Shown piece by piece: positions 41,566 to 53,736 of a stretch of 64,000 nt of DNA (position 1 is its first letter; each line of letters starts with the position of its first letter). The translations under genes and the position numbers were made by a program. The DNA comes from Octopus sinensis. Taxonomy: Eukaryota. Where the stretch lies: positions 26,660,001 through 26,724,000 of the forward strand of contig NC_043018.1 of assembly GCF_006345805.1 (NCBI RefSeq), read 5' to 3'. The notes beneath the pieces are model-generated. The model was not told the origin of the DNA, searched no databases, and worked only from the letters and a program-made list of their open reading frames with translations.

Positions 41566-43807
41566 CCTATCTGTCTCTCTATCTATCTATCTATATATAT
41601 ATATACCTATATATCTATCTATCTACCTACCTAGCTATCTATCTATCTATCTACCTACCTATCTACCTACCTATCTATTTATCTATCTACCTACCTACCT
41701 ATCTATCTATATCTATCTATCTATCTATCTATCTATCTACCTATCTACCTACCTACCTACCTATCTATCTATCTATTTTCGTCCCTCTTTCTTTCTTTCT
41801 CTCACACAGAATATAGAAAAATGCTGTCATTTAAAATAGCTTCATGAAGAATTTTCGAAATAAAATAAAATAAAATTTTTTAAAATCCGCAAACCCAGGG
41901 GTCCGAAGAAATTGGTGATGATAGTGGTGTGTGAGCAAAAAAATGGTATAAGATATTCGTGTCTTTGAAGTAGGACTCCTCTAAATTATTTTCTAAACTT
42001 AGATATTACGACAGAAAGGAATAAAAGTTAATTCATTTTTCTTTAATGTTTCTTTTATCCAGGGTCTTTACGACAACAAATATATAAAATATTTATTATT
42101 ATTATTTTAAGGTTAATTAGTGAATAATGACTTAACAATATAACGAGAAACACGATTTGGAAGTAACTTCATGGGGCATTAATCACATGTTTTAGGTATG
42201 GCCGCGTGGTAAGAAAACGTGTTCAGAAACCACATGATTTCGGGTTCAGTTACACTACGCGGCACGTTAAAACACTACTACTCTTGCTTCGAGCCTACCA
42301 CAAAGCCTTGTGAGTGGATTTGGTAGACGGAAACTGTAGGAAGCTAATACACACACACATATATGTAATATGTGTGTTGTGGGCCTTTGACCCTTACCTC
42401 CGCTTGACAACCGGTGCTGGTTTGTTTATTTCTCTGTAACTTAGCGATTCAGCAAAAACAACCGATAGAATAAGTAACAGGCTTGGTAGAATAAATACTG
42501 GGGCCGCAGTTTAATGACTGATAATAGTAAAAGTTAAAAAGCGATTTGAACTTTAGTGGAGGTTATATTTCTTCGAATTAATTATTTTCCCGTTTATAAT
42601 TTTAACAGTTCAGACATTCTGTTTTAAAAATTTAAAATCTTGTCATTTCCCCCTTATTTCCATTTTCACTTTTCGTTTTTTTTTTAACCTGATATTTTTA
42701 AGTCACTACAAATGAAAATGAATGCAAAATAAGTATTCGAATGCAGCTAAACAATATAATTGTCGATGATAAAAACAAATAAAATTAAAGTAATTTGAAC
42801 GTCTAGTTGCTAATTTTATTACATTATATATTTCTCTAATTTTGATACTAAAATTCTTTTAAAATCCTATCTACCTGCTCATGTTTAATAATCGCTATGC
42901 TACCTCCATTCAAACTTCTAATTAGTAACGAAGAGGGCATACTTACACAAATGTACCCCACCGATTTTGTTTCTTCATGACTTCAAGAAAAATGGAAATT
43001 TTTTAATGAAATCTTCCACAAATACCTTTCAGATAGTGTAGATTATGATTACAGCAGAGTTTAAAATGGTATATAAAAAATAAAATTACTGGGCGTGCAC
43101 AAATATATACTGTTACACATCACTTGTAGGTACGCCAAAAGAAATAACATTTGAACTATCCAATTTATTACATTATATATTTCTCTAATTCTATTAAATT
43201 TTTCTCGAAAGCTTACTCACCTGCTCATATAAGTATCTTGTCATGCCATTGAAACTTTCTAAGCAATAAAGGAGTAATGTAGAACATCTTTAAAACGAAA
43301 GGGACCATAGAAACGATACACCATATTCCTCCTAATTTACGAATTATTTATAATTTTACTTTGGTAATTTACGAAGCTTAATCAAACTCGAGTTAATTAC
43401 TGTTTATATTATAAACATGAAACAACATATCTTAGAATTTCTGCAAACTTCCAGGGATTTCACATATCTTGTGTGAATAACTTTGAGCCAGCCAGGGGGA
43501 CATGTGCTAATTAAGACTAATCAAACTGATTTAATTAACGTTTTGTAATGTTTTATATTTATGCAAGACATTCAGGTATCCTTGCCTGTCGTTTCTATAT
43601 TGTCCCTTCCGTTTTGTCAGATGAGGCCGTTTGTATATAGATTCGACAACTTTTACCGAAGAGACTACTTACAGCCGTAAAAATTTCCAAGTTTTAATAT
43701 AAAAACAATTTGACATTATACTGAAGTATTATTAATTTATTTTTCAATTGATAATGACTTCAAAGTTTCGGCTTGTTTGCTTTCATCAGACAGACTGATT
43801 ATATAGG

Positions 43808-43849
<42 letters not shown>

Positions 43850-44803
43850 TCTTTTACTTGTTTCAGTCATTTGACTGTGGCCATGCTGGAGCACCACCTT
43901 TAGTCGAGCAAATCGACCCCAGGACTTATTCTTTGTAAGCCTAGTACTTATTCTATCGGTCTCTTTTGCCAAACCGTTACGAGCACGTAAACACACCATC
44001 ATCGGTTGTCAAGCGATGTTGGGAGGACAAACACAGACACACTAACACATACATGCGATGGGCTTCTTTTAGTTTCCGTCTACCAAATCCACTGACAAGG
44101 CTTTGGTCAGCCCGAAGCTATAGTAGAAGACACTTGCCCAAGGTGCCACGTAGTGGGACTGAACCCTGAACCATGTGGTCGGTAAGCAAGCTACTTACCA
44201 CACACCCACATATATACATACATCATATATATATATATATATAACGGGAAAGTTTACGAAAATAAACAAAAGACGAAGGCAGGTAGAGTATAAACAAACA
44301 AATGTATTAGAAATATATATATATATATAAAAGATGAAAGAAACAAGCTTTAATGACAGTACATAATTATTTTTCTATGCAGTCGTAACAGCTATTAGTT
44401 GCTGAATTTTCCGTCTCGTATCATCACATGAATTATTTTATAAGCAATTATATAAGTACCTATAAATAAATATGATGACGTAGAGAAGCTTATAAATGCA
44501 CTTTATGAGATTATTACTCAGATCGTATGTATGCATATGCATGTATATATGGCAGTGTTTCATCTTTGCATAGGTGAAACTCAGAGTAATAAAACCGACC
44601 TGCCGAAAATAAAATATTCTTTATATCTATGGTAATGAGTACTCTTTTTTCCCCCACTGTAGATACACACACATATGTATGTATATATGTACTCATACAA
44701 ACATATTCTTCTATGTATAATATTTAGGAAAATTCCAAATTATCTCCCTTGTTTATGATGTGTTCATGTGTCGTTTTATTTTATTTTTTTTGTTTAGACT
44801 GTA

Positions 44804-45163
44804 CTAGCAGTATCGCCCGGCGTTGCTCGGGTTTGTAAGGGAAATAACTATATAAGCATTTTTAGAGAGTTATAGCCAAAAAAAGGCATTAAAATGGAAA
44901 AAAAAATTATGGTAAATTTTTTGAAAATCGTTGACTCATCGTAGACATTTTTAGAGAGTTACTTCCCTTATATAATAGCGAAAAATGCATTAAAATGGAA
45001 AAAAATGATGGTAAATTTTTTTTTAAATCGTAGACTCATCGTAGACGCGCGCTAATACCCAGAAGGGCTCGATATGAATCACGACTGCATCGCAAAATGT
45101 GAGAGTAGTTAGGAATCTAAATCGTAGGAGACAGACACACAACCTCGCTTTTATATATAAAGA
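44804..45163 (-). mobile_element. Shorter Helitron of the same family, in intron 1 of the ARL14EP-like gene
   Basis: Starts CTAGCAGTATCGCCCGGCGTTGCTCGG and ends tttatatataaaGA on the + strand. Interior is partly different or rearranged. Confidence 0.75.
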
Positions 45164-45702
45164 TTAGTCCTGATCGATTACAGTTTATTGTAAAAGACTG
45201 TCACAAACGTCTGTCTTTTATTATTATCGCTATGTTTTTTTTTCCAGACATAGGTCTTCATTCCATCTACAATCTTCCTTTCTGTTAAGGTGACATGGTG
45301 TGATTTGAGAGAAATTTGATTGCTATTTCTAGCAAGTCAAACGACCTTGTTGAAGCTTCTCGTTGTTCTTTGAGAAGCGTAGTGGTTCAAGTTTTGATTG
45401 GTAGAATAGTTGTAAGAAGAGAGAGAGGGAGAAGGGCAAGAAATTGAGTGGAACATTGATTTATGCAATAATAGAGGTGAGACAATAATAGATAGGCAAA
45501 GTAGTAAATGCTGATGATGTCATAAGGGGTAAAACATGTATGGAGTTGTCTCCCATACTGGTTGAAATGGTTATAATAATATTAGTCAAAAACTTTTTTT
45601 TTGGCTTCATTGCATAATTATTTCTAATTGGATTTTTCATGTCCCAGGTGTGGCTGTGTGGTAATATATCATTCGATATATTATACAATATTCATATTTT
45701 AT

Positions 45703-45792
45703 ATCTCTGAAGAGCAGAAGGGTTGTCTATAAATGCTTATCAATATAGGATTTCATTATAGGGACAATTCTTCTGCGAAACGATCATAAGAT
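45703..45792 (+). ncRNA. Hammerhead ribozyme with long stem II and one stem III mismatch
   Basis: ATCT-CTGAAGA-GCAGAAGGGTTGTC...GACAATTCTTCTGC-GAAA-CGATCA-TA-AGAT. CGATCA is one change away from the palindrome CGATCG. Confidence 0.72.
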
Positions 45793-45940
45793 GCTTAAAA
45801 AATAAATTCAAAACTTTTAAACTATCTAATTTATCTTATACATTATATTTATATTTTTATATATATTTTTAATACAATAAGGTCTTTCACACAGGTACAT
45901 CTTTATGTTGAGTTCAATATCGATTTCCTTATATTAATAA

Positions 45941-45980
<40 letters not shown>

Positions 45981-45985
<5 letters not shown>

Positions 45986-46675
45986 AACAACTTATAAGTA
46001 AGGGCTAAAGAAAATTATTTCAAAGCCAATATGCTGAAAACAGATTATTAAATCGTCAATTTCTACTTATAAGATGTTTATAATTTTAACCGTAAAGGTA
46101 TTTTAATATGCTGCCACATTTCTTGATGAAATTTTTCTGTAGAGAAAAAAATTCATCCTATATTAGTAGTAGACTTATTACTACTCACTATAGGGACTGG
46201 TAACCACTATAACCTTTAGTGGGTATCAGTCAACACGTTGGACTGAGGCTGACCAAAGAATTTTGATTTTTAGATATAACTGGGGTACTTAAATGTACTC
46301 ATGTTTTTTGCTTCGGCTTTTTCCACGGGCGCATGTAAGTATCTTATTTATATTCTTTTGTAAGCTCTACTGAAGAGGAATAAATTTTTTATGAGATTAA
46401 TTCCGAAATTGATTCAATATAGAGATAACGAATTTTTAGAAATTCTAACGGCCAGCTTGCCTGACTTCAGTTCTTCTGTCTTGCTGTAGCGAGTATATTA
46501 TATGTGGAAATTGACGATTTAATATTCTGTTATCAGCATTTTGGCTTTGAAATAATTTTCTTTAGCCCTACTTATAAGTTGTTTATAATTTTAACCGTAA
46601 AGGTTATTTTAATATGCTGCCACATTTCTTGATGAAATTTTTTTGTAGAGAAAAAAACTTCATCCTATATTAGTA

Positions 46676-46678
<3 letters not shown>
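45981..46678 (+). mobile_element. Penelope-like/retrozyme-like insert, copy 1
   Basis: ~80-bp inverted segment (45981-46063 vs ~46507-46585), ~108-bp direct repeats (46064-46171 vs 46569-46678) and an internal hammerhead. Inserted in (TA)n. Confidence 0.65.
46365..46424 (+). ncRNA. Type I hammerhead ribozyme
   Basis: CTCTA-CTGAAGA-GGAAT..ATTCC-GAAA-TTGattCAA-TA-TAGAG: stems I, II and III close, with an AUA triplet. Confidence 0.82.
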
Positions 46679-46704
<26 letters not shown>

Positions 46705-46709
<5 letters not shown>

Positions 46710-47407
46710 AACAACTTATAAGTAAGGCTAAAGAAAATTATTTCAAAGCCAATATGCTGAAAACAGATTATTAAATCGTCAATTTCTACTTATAAGATGT
46801 TTATAATTTTAACCGTAAAGGTATTTTAATATGCTGCCACATTTCTTGATGAAATTTTTTTCTGTAGAGAAAAAAATTCATCCTATATTAGTAGTAGACT
46901 TATTACTACTCACTATAGGGACTGGTAACCACTATAACCTTTAGTGGGTATCAGTCAACACGTTGGACTGAGGCTGACCAAAGAATTTTTATTTTTAGAT
47001 ATAACTGGGGTACTTAAATGTACTCATGTTTTTTGCTTCGGCTTTTTCCACGGGCGCATGTAAGTATCTTATTTATATTCTTTTGTAAGCTCTACTGAAG
47101 AGGAATAAATTTTTTATGAGATTAATTCCGAAATTGATTCAATATAGAGATAACGAATTTTTAGAAATTCTAACGGCCAGCTTGCCTGACTTCAGTTCTT
47201 CTGTCTTTGCTGTAGCGAGTATATTATATGTGGAAATTGACGATTTAATATTCTGTTATCAGCATTTTGGCTTTGAAATAATTTTCTTTAGCCCTTACTT
47301 ATAAGTTGTTTATAATTTTAACCGTAAAGGTTATTTTAATATGCTGCCACATTTCTTGATGAAATTTTTTTCTGTAGAGAAAAAAACTTCATCCTATATT
47401 AGTAGTA
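46705..47407 (+). mobile_element. Penelope-like/retrozyme-like insert, copy 2 (tandem duplicate)
   Basis: Near-identical to 45981-46678, differing mostly by 1-nt indels. Confidence 0.6.
47090..47149 (+). ncRNA. Type I hammerhead ribozyme (duplicate of 46365-46424)
   Basis: Same motif in the second copy of the ~725-bp tandem duplication. Confidence 0.8.
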
Positions 47408-47470
47408 TATATATATATATATTTTTATGAAAGAATGGAGTTGAACGACTTGTTAACAAATTTCCTTTAT

Positions 47471-47551
47471 TTTCGACATATGTTTCGAAGGCTGCATATT
47501 CCTAATTCCGAAGGAATAAGGAGTACATTATGCAGATTTCTCATCAGGAAA
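47471..47551 (-). ncRNA. Type I hammerhead ribozyme
   Basis: Minus strand reads TTTC-CTGATGA-[GAA atCTGCATA...TATGCAG cc TTC]-GAAA-CATATG-TC-GAAA: palindromic stem III and a GUC triplet. Confidence 0.82.
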
Positions 47552-47944
47552 GGCAAGGAACTTATGTCGACATCAGAAATGCACAAAAAACTTTTAGCTG
47601 ACTGCTCTCAAGGAGCCCATGGCGATAATGAGTGTCTGTTTATAAGGAGTGACGTCAGAGTGGCTGAATGTAGAAGAATCTAGAAGGATCTAAAGGTTCA
47701 AGGGTTCAAATGAAGTAGGAGGAGGGAGGCATAAGAAGAGAATAAATATACAAATTTCCGCACGAAAGCACGTAGTCTATGCCCTAGGGACGTAACTTCG
47801 ACCGTGTTCTTTCTGATGTGAATTTGCTACCCAGGTATCGGTTATCTTTCGATTCCCGAGCCTTATACTAATACATCTGTTTGTTTTCTACACCACTTTT
47901 CTTCATCTTTTGTTTTTTTCGTGAATTCTTCACCTATATATATA

Positions 47945-47985
<41 letters not shown>

Positions 47986-48392
47986 CAAATAAGAAAATGG
48001 AGAAGCACATTAGTTGGTTCATCAACTTTAGGACATTAAAATGTTGACTTATTTATTTATTAAAACGATGATATAATAACATACATACATATAGTATATT
48101 ATTCAATGCATATAAGATAAGAATACAAGCAGTTATTAAAAAACATGAAAATAAATTATCAAAATCACTTACAGCTGTTTCAGCCTATAGATAATAGCAA
48201 CTCATTGTGCCTATATAAGTCAAGTGTATTGAGGTGATAGGCAGTTGAAAATGAGGTACTTATATATATCAGCCGAAATTGCGAGGATGATCCGGTTCTT
48301 GACTGAAGATTGAAGGCTTCGAATGTCCCGTCCGTGTTTTTTGTATCGTCTTCTAAATGTTTTTGTTCTTGTCCCAGTTTGTATTTTTTTAC

Positions 48393-48445
<53 letters not shown>

Positions 48446-48703
48446 TGTATATGTATGTTTTTGAGATAGACTGTATCTGTAATTCAAAGATCCTGTTTTA
48501 TTAAATACAGTGTCATGTTGAGTCTGTCTTGATGCTATATTGCAATTACTATCTTCTGTGGGCTACTCAGCCAGTTATACCATTCTAGTACAAGGAGTTG
48601 GTGTAGCAAATAGTTTTTTTTTTTATCAGAACCAATGCGAAATCCATCTTTGTGTCTCTCTATTTATTTCTCAATTTCTTCTTTTTCTTTCTTTCTTTTG
48701 CAG

Positions 48704-48825
48704 AGTGTTAGTAAACAACTAAAAATGCTCTCTTTTGCAAATCCTGGTAAGTTTATGGAAGATTTTGATCCAGAACGGAGTGCGAGAGAAATGCGCAAGA
48801 TGAATCGCAGAATATACAGAGAGAA
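48704..48825 (+). CDS. ARL14EP: ARL14 effector protein-like, middle exon
   Basis: Long polypyrimidine tract plus cAG. SVSKQLKMLSFANPGKFMEDFDPERSAREMRKMNRRIYRE resembles the QLxxLxFxNPG...FxPE..xRExRxL segment of ARL14EP. Phase 0 in, phase 2 out (GTAAGC). Confidence 0.88.
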
Positions 48826-50314
48826 GTAAGCATTTGCTCTCGTTATCATTTCATACTCGTTTCACTTTTAATTAATTATTGAAAGTTCAATGGTGGCGTT
48901 TATTTCTGGTTCTCTTATGGTATAATAGAGAAAGAGGAGGACGAACTAGCTTTGGACTCTATCAATCTATGATGGAAGAGGAGGGGCTAGTTTTCTGTCT
49001 CTGTTAATATTTGCTAGAGAAGGAGGAGCTAATTTCTGTTTATTAAATCTCTTGATGTATAATGGAGGAGGAGGAACTAGTTTTTGACTCTGTCAATCTA
49101 TGATGGAAGAGGAGGAGCTAGTTTTCTGTCTGTTAATATATGCTAGAGAAGGAGGAGCTAATTTCTGTCTGTTAATCCAAGATAGAGGTAGAAGATGTAA
49201 TGAGAGTGCACTCTTTTCTGATTGAACAAACTCATGGCCTAAGGCATTCCAACCATGACTGCCCTTGTCATTTTGTATATCAGAGACAACATTACCCAAC
49301 ATGTACATTTCTTTGAAAGACCTTAACCCTTCTACATTTAAACTGGCCAAGTCCAGTCCAAATATTTTTCCTGTTTTATGTTCAAACTCTTGCTTTTCAC
49401 ACCTACCCTACAATGCCATTCGAAAAATAAACAATCACATTATGCATGATTAATTCAAAAGCAATGAGAATAAATAAGCATTACAATTGACAGAATAATC
49501 AGAAAGCGTAAAGTGGTGTAATTTGAGTGAACTTTAGCTGTTATCTCTAGCAAGTGGAATGGCCACATGATTATAGGTAAGTTTGCTGCTATCAGTTCTT
49601 TGCAGGAGAGCTCACTGCCATCAATTCATTGTGAAGAAAGTTCACCATGGGGAAAATTCACGGCAAGGAAAGTTTACTGAGAAGGCTCTCACCATTAATG
49701 GTTGGAAATTATTTTATTAAAAAAACCCCCAAAATACTAGAAAAATTGAAGTTGAAAAATTATGTCAAAAAATTTTCACAAATTTTCGCAGGAGTGGCTG
49801 TGTGGTAAGTAGCTTGCTAACCAGCCACATGGTTCTGGGTTCAGTCCTACTGCGTGGCATCTTGGGCAAGTGTCTTCTGCTATAGCCCCGGGCCAACCAA
49901 TGCCTTGTGGGTGGATTTGGTAGATGGAAACTGAAAGAAGCCTGTCGTATATATATATATATCCATCCGAACGTGGCCGATGCCAGACCCCTCTGGCACC
50001 TGTGCAGGTGGCACGTAAAAAACACCCACTACACTCGCGGAGTGGTTGGCGTTAGGAAGGGCATCCAGCTGTAGAAACACTGCCAGACTAGACTGGAGCC
50101 TGGGGCAGTCCCGAGCTCCCCAGACCCCGGTCGAAACCGTCCAACCCGTGCTAGCGCGGAAAACGGACGTTAAACGATGATGATGATGATGATGATATAT
50201 ATATATATTGCAATCATTAACATTTATGTATCAACTTTGTTGGGTACTTCACTAGCAGTATATTGGATATATGTTATCCCATGGAGGGTTGCATTTACAA
50301 CCCCTATCTGAATT

Positions 50315-50357
<43 letters not shown>

Positions 50358-50469
50358 TATGTGTATGTGTGTGTATGTATTTGTGTGTCTGTTTGTACCC
50401 CTAGCATTGCTTGACAACCGATGCTGGTGTGTTTACGTCCCCGTCACTTAGCGGTTTGGCAAAAGAGAC

Positions 50470-51560
50470 CAAACTATTGTTGACCCTATTTTCGTCAGAT
50501 CACAGAATGAGGGACCTTGTGGAAGGATTTTTTTGCCATGCTGACTAATGCCAAATACTTCTTTTGTGATTACACAGCATTTATTATATTGTCTCACCTC
50601 TGTTACTGCATAAATCACGAAGAGGGCATCTGTTGCATTTTCCACTAGCACAAAACCAAACTGCATCTCATCTAGCTTAACGCACACACACACACACACA
50701 CAACACAAACACACACACACACACTCACTCACTCACTCACTCACTCACTCACACACTCACTCACTCACTCACACACACACTCACACACTCACTCACACAC
50801 ACACACACTCACTCACACACTCACTCACACACACTCACTCACACACACTCACTCACTCATACACTCACTCACTCACTCACTCACTCACACACACACACTC
50901 ACTCACTCACACACACACACTCACTCACTCACTCACACACACACTCACTCACACACACACTCACTCACACACACACACACTCACTCACACACTCACTCAC
51001 TCTCCTTCCCTCCCTCTCTCCCCCTCTCTTTCTCTCCTTAATTAACCAAGCTATGATGTTTTCTGTAACTTTCATGACCTGGTGCAATATGATACTTCTG
51101 TAATTCCCCCCCCCTCTCTCTCTCTCTAATGCTTCATCTTTACTCTTGTAACAATTGACTTTGATGCTGCCACACAAATCATTGAGAATAACACTTTCCT
51201 GTTCAGCATAATGGACTATAAGGCTATCTAGGCCATATCCTTTGCTAGCAGATATTTTAAGCCTCTCAGCAATAATTCCCTGTCTTTGAATACTGGCTGG
51301 CAGAGGCATGATAAATAAAGAAGTTAATTGCTTTATCTATCCTACTTCAGTTGACTAGAATAGCTGGTTCCTCTGTTGAGTTCTAAGTTAATAAAACCTT
51401 TCTCTCCCGTGCATTCTCCATATTTAATAGACTTAATTTCCTAGTAGCTCTGCCATACTTTTTTCTTTTCTGAATCACTGAGTGCAAGTGTACCTCCACC
51501 CATCCATATGTACTGGCTGAGTACCACCTCAATAGCAAGAGGGCTACTGCTGTCATACTT
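50470..51560 (-). mobile_element. RTE reverse transcriptase fragment interrupted by a (CACT/CA)n microsatellite
   Basis: Minus strand K.KDEALER..NYRSI..QVMKVTE and LDEMQFGF...ATDALFVI. Confidence 0.75.
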
Positions 51561-51619
51561 TAATCTCTCGGTTTCATTCCCTCTCTCAGCCGAGTGGTTT
51601 TTGTCTTGCAAGCTTGTGG

Positions 51620-51960
51620 TGCTGGTGCCTTGTAAAAAGCGCCCATGCAGGTGCCACATAAAAATCACCTGTGCTAGTGCCATGTGAAAAGCACCTGTGC
51701 TGGTGCCATGTGAAAAGCACCTGTTCTGGTGCCATGTGAAAAGCACCTGTTCCGGTGCCATGTGAAAAGCACCTGTTCCGGTGCCATGTGAAAAGCACCT
51801 GTTCCGGTGCCATGTGAAAAGCACCTGTTCCGGTGCCATGTGAAAAGCACCTGTGCAGGTTCCACGTAGAAAGAACCTGTGCTGGTGCCATGTAGAAAAC
51901 GCCTGTTCCGGTGTCACGTAAAAAGCACCTGCTGTGCTGGTGCCACGTAATAAAGCACCC
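51620..51960 (+). repeat. 26-bp minisatellite, about 13 units
   Basis: Unit GTGCCATGTGAAAAGCACCTGTTCCG is near-perfect at ~51677-51855 and degenerate at the edges. Confidence 0.9.
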
Positions 51961-53285
51961 ATACTTTTTCCACTTGAAAATCACCCATGCCTGGCGGTGC
52001 CATGTGAAACATCACCCCTTGATGGTACCATGTGGAGCTTTTTAACAGCAGTGCCAAATCCATATAAATGTAGTACAGATTGATGCAGGCATGACTGTGC
52101 TTAAGGAGTTTTGCTTCCTAACCACATAGTTTTGGGCTCAGCCACTCTGTGTGGCTCCCAGGGCAAGTGTTTTCGCCATAGCCTTGTGGATTTGGTCAAA
52201 GAAGTCTTGTAGCATGTTTTGATCTTTAGACTTTTCATACACCCCTCGTGTATGTATGTATGTATGTGTATGTATATGTATGTATGTATATATATGTATA
52301 TATATATATGTATGTATGTGTATATATGTATATGTATGTGTATATATATATGTATGTATATATATGTATATATAGTGTATGTATGTATATGTGTGTATTT
52401 GTATGTCTGTGCTTGTTTCCCCACCAACGCTTGACAACCTATGTTGGTGTGTTTACGTCCCTGTAACTTAGCGGTTCGGCAACAGAGACCGAGAGAATAA
52501 GTACTAGGCTTACAAAGAATGAGTGCTGCGGCTGATTTGTTCGCCTAAAGGCAGTGCTCCAGCATGGCCCCAGTCAAATGACTGAAACGAGTAAAAGAAT
52601 CAAAGAATCTAAAATCTGTCCCAGCAAATTCCATTTGAGCCAAGCAAAGCCTGGGAGAAAAGGGGCCATTAAGAAGAGGCTGATGACACTGATGTGAGTT
52701 TGTGTCTTTTACTTGTGGCCATGCTGGGGCACCGCCTTGAACTTCTTAGTTGAATGAATGATTTGAGCTCAGTGCTTCACACCAACACCGACTGTCAAGT
52801 GGTGGTGGGACACACACACACACACACACACATATGCATATGTACTCATGCAGACACACACACATACACACACATGTGCATACACTATATACAGCAGGCG
52901 TCTTTCAGTTTCCATCTTATTTCTTTATTGCCCACAAGGGGCTGAACATAGAGGGGACAAACAAGGACAGACAAAGGGACTAAGTCGATTACATCGACCC
53001 CAGTGCGTAACTGGTACTTAATTTATCGACCCCGGAAGGACGAAAGTCAAAGTTGGCCTCGGCGGAATTTGTACCAAATCAAATCCACTCACAAGGCTTT
53101 TGGTTGGCCTGAGGCTATAGAGAAAAATATTTGCCCAAGGTGCTATGCTGTGGGATTGAACCTAGAACCGTGTGGTTGGGAAGCAAGCTTCTTACCACAC
53201 AGCCATGCCTAATTTAATTTTATTTTCTGTTTTTAATTTTTATTCATTTCACTTTTTTTACTTCCTTTTCTTCCTTTCTTTTCAG

Positions 53286-53508
53286 TGTGAAAAAGAACCA
53301 GATGTATGATGAAGCAGGACGGCTTCTTGATAACAGCAAAGACGTCTGCGACTGCTTGGATGAGGACTGTCCCGGTTGTCATTTTCCTTGCCGCAAGTGT
53401 GGCTCCGAAAAATGTGGCACAGAGTGCCGTTGCAATCGTAAATGGGTGTATGAGTTGGTAGAAATTGAAGGTACCAATTTAGTGATAAGCAATTCTTCCC
53501 TACCATAA
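53286..53508 (+). CDS. ARL14EP: ARL14 effector protein-like, Cys-rich C-terminal domain exon
   Basis: ttcAG acceptor, phase 2. YDEAGRLLDNSKDVCDCLDEDCPGCHFPCRKCGSEKCGTECRCNRKWVYELVEIEG matches the ARL14EP YD..G.L.....D.CDCLDxDCxGC..PC..CGSxKCGxECRCxRKW.YE.xExEG signature. TAA stop. Confidence 0.95.
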
Positions 53509-53636
53509 CTTTAGTCAATTGTGTGTATATATGTGTGTGTGTATGCTTGCATGTATGTATGTTATATATATATATATATATATTTGTGTGCGTGTATGCA
53601 TTTGTGTGTGTATATATTTGTGTGTGTGTATGTGTT

Positions 53637-53671
<35 letters not shown>

Positions 53672-53699
53672 GTGCATTTGTGTGTGTATATTGTGTGTG

Positions 53700-53736
<37 letters not shown>

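Noticed and set aside
46176-46195. TATTACTACTCACTATAGGG, an 18/20 match to the T7 promoter (also at 46901-46920)
   Set aside because: One mismatch is at the -11 G specificity position, there is no vector or polylinker sequence nearby, and it is embedded in a genomic repeat. Treated as coincidence.
51620-51960. CRISPR-like appearance of the 26-bp palindromic repeat
   Set aside because: Units are contiguous without unique spacers, there are no cas genes, and the context is eukaryotic.
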